A DNA stretch of 63,024 bases, filler included, from Nemertoderma westbladi (lineage: Eukaryota; Animalia; Xenacoelomorpha), in NCBI GenBank assembly GCA_032718475.1. It is 4 parts of 4 records of this genome, joined end to end, with 100 filler letters (N's around TTAATTAATTAA, not from the genome) between each part and the next. Parts side by side here need not be neighbours in the genome. Positions count along the whole stretch, not along the records: positions 53,693 to 63,024 come from JAUCBJ010002046.1; 3 more parts are not named here. One strand, 5' to 3'. The notes under the pieces were generated by a model that was given only the letters and a program-made list of their open reading frames with translations, did not search any database and was not told the origin of the DNA. The position numbers were made by a program, and so were the translations under genes. Below, one piece after another: positions 61,780-63,024 of the stretch; position 1 is the first letter of the stretch, and each line of letters starts with the position of its first letter.

Positions 61780-63024
61780 AGTCACAGCCACTCAAAGCTA
61801 TCTCACAGGCGCTCAATGCCATGTCACAGCCACTCAACGCTATGTCACAGGCGCTCAATGCAATGTCACAACCACTCAATGCTATGTCAAAGCCGCTCAA
61901 TGCTATGTCACAGCCGCTCAATGATATGTCACAGCCGCTCAATGCTTTGTCACAGCCACTCAAAGCTATGTCACAGCCACTCAACGCTATGTCACAGCCA
62001 ATCAACGCTATGTCACAGCCACTCAATGCTATGCCACAGCCACCCAACGCTATGTCCCAGCCGCTCAATGCTATGTCACAGCCGCTCAATGCGTCACAGC
62101 CGCTCAATGCTTTGTCACAGCCACTCAAAGCTATGTCACAGCCACTCAACGCTATGTCACAGTTACTCAACGCTATGTCACAGCCACTCAACGCTATGTC
62201 ACAGCCAATCAACGCTAGCCACCCAACGCTATGTCACAGCCAATCAACGCTATGTCACAGCCACTCAATGATATGTCACAGCCGCTCAATGCTTTGTCAC
62301 AGCCACTCAAAGCTATGTCACAGCCAAGCCACTCAACGCTATGTCACAGCCAATCAACGCTATGTCACAGCCACTCAATGCTATGCCACAGCCACCCAAC
62401 GCTATGTCACAGCCGCTCAATGCTATGTCACAGCCACTCAACGCTATGTCACAGCCAATCAACGCTAGCCACCCAACGCTATGTCACAGCCAATCAACGC
62501 TATGTCACAGCCACTCAATGATATGTCACAGCCGCTCAATGCTTTGTCACAGCCACTCAAAGCTATGTCACAGCCACTCAAAGCTATGTCACAGCCACTC
62601 AACGCTATGTCACAGCCAATCAACGCTATGTCACAGCCACTCAATGCTATGCCACAGGCACAGCCACCCAACGCTATGTCACAGCCGCTCAATGCTATGT
62701 CACAGCCGCTCAATGCGTCACAGCCGCTCAATGCTTTGTCACAGCCACTCAACGCTATGTCACAGTTACTCAACGCTATATCACAGCCACTCAACGCTAT
62801 GTCACAGCCAATCAACGCTAGCCACCCAACGCTATGTCACAGCCAATCAACGCTATGCCACAGCCACTCAATGCTATGCCACAGCCACCCAACGCTATGT
62901 CACAGTCACCCAACGCTGGCCACCCATCGCTGGCCACCCAACGCTGTGTCACAGTCACCCAACGCTGGCCACCCATCGCTGGCCACCCATCGCTGGCCAC
63001 CCAACGCTATGTCACAGCGACAGC
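61780..63024. repeat. 21-bp minisatellite, >50 copies
   Basis: Unit GCTATGTCACAGCCACTCAA(C/T) with variants, running to the end of the window. Confidence 0.97.

Noticed and set aside
61679-63000. Repetitive ORFs (MSQPLNA)n, (GCDIALS)n; likewise 41410-41856 and 16690-16917
   Set aside because: By-products of minisatellite or GC repeats that are open in several frames on both strands.

Overview
AT-rich, repeat-dense eukaryotic (animal-like, possibly arthropod) DNA. It is not one contiguous locus: four contigs (1-17336, 17437-33992, 34093-53592, 53693-63024) are joined by artificial 100-bp N44-TTAATTAATTAA-N44 linkers, and contig 1 begins with a SMART-adapter artefact. Repeat families shared between contigs suggest one host. 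Highlight 1: an intact, intronless 2001-aa ORF fusing a P-loop kinase (AAA_28/NadR-like), a cellular RNAi-type RdRP (DLDGD) and a UPF1-like SF1 helicase, with a small membrane-anchored Smr nuclease gene about 4 kb downstream on the same strand. Highlight 2: an apparent BEL/Pao-type LTR family with 3' accessory ORFs, including a zinc-knuckle protein present as two diverged homologues. Its ~1.2-kb LTRs end in a strand-specific, covarying, pseudoknotted RNA structure. Also present: decayed Mag-like and GC-rich CsRn1-like Ty3/Gypsy elements, L2, RTE and CRE LINE fragments, a tyrosine-recombinase ORF, tRNA-Gln(CTG), a sulfotransferase pseudogene, MITEs and several minisatellites. All family assignments come from motif recognition by eye, not database searches.
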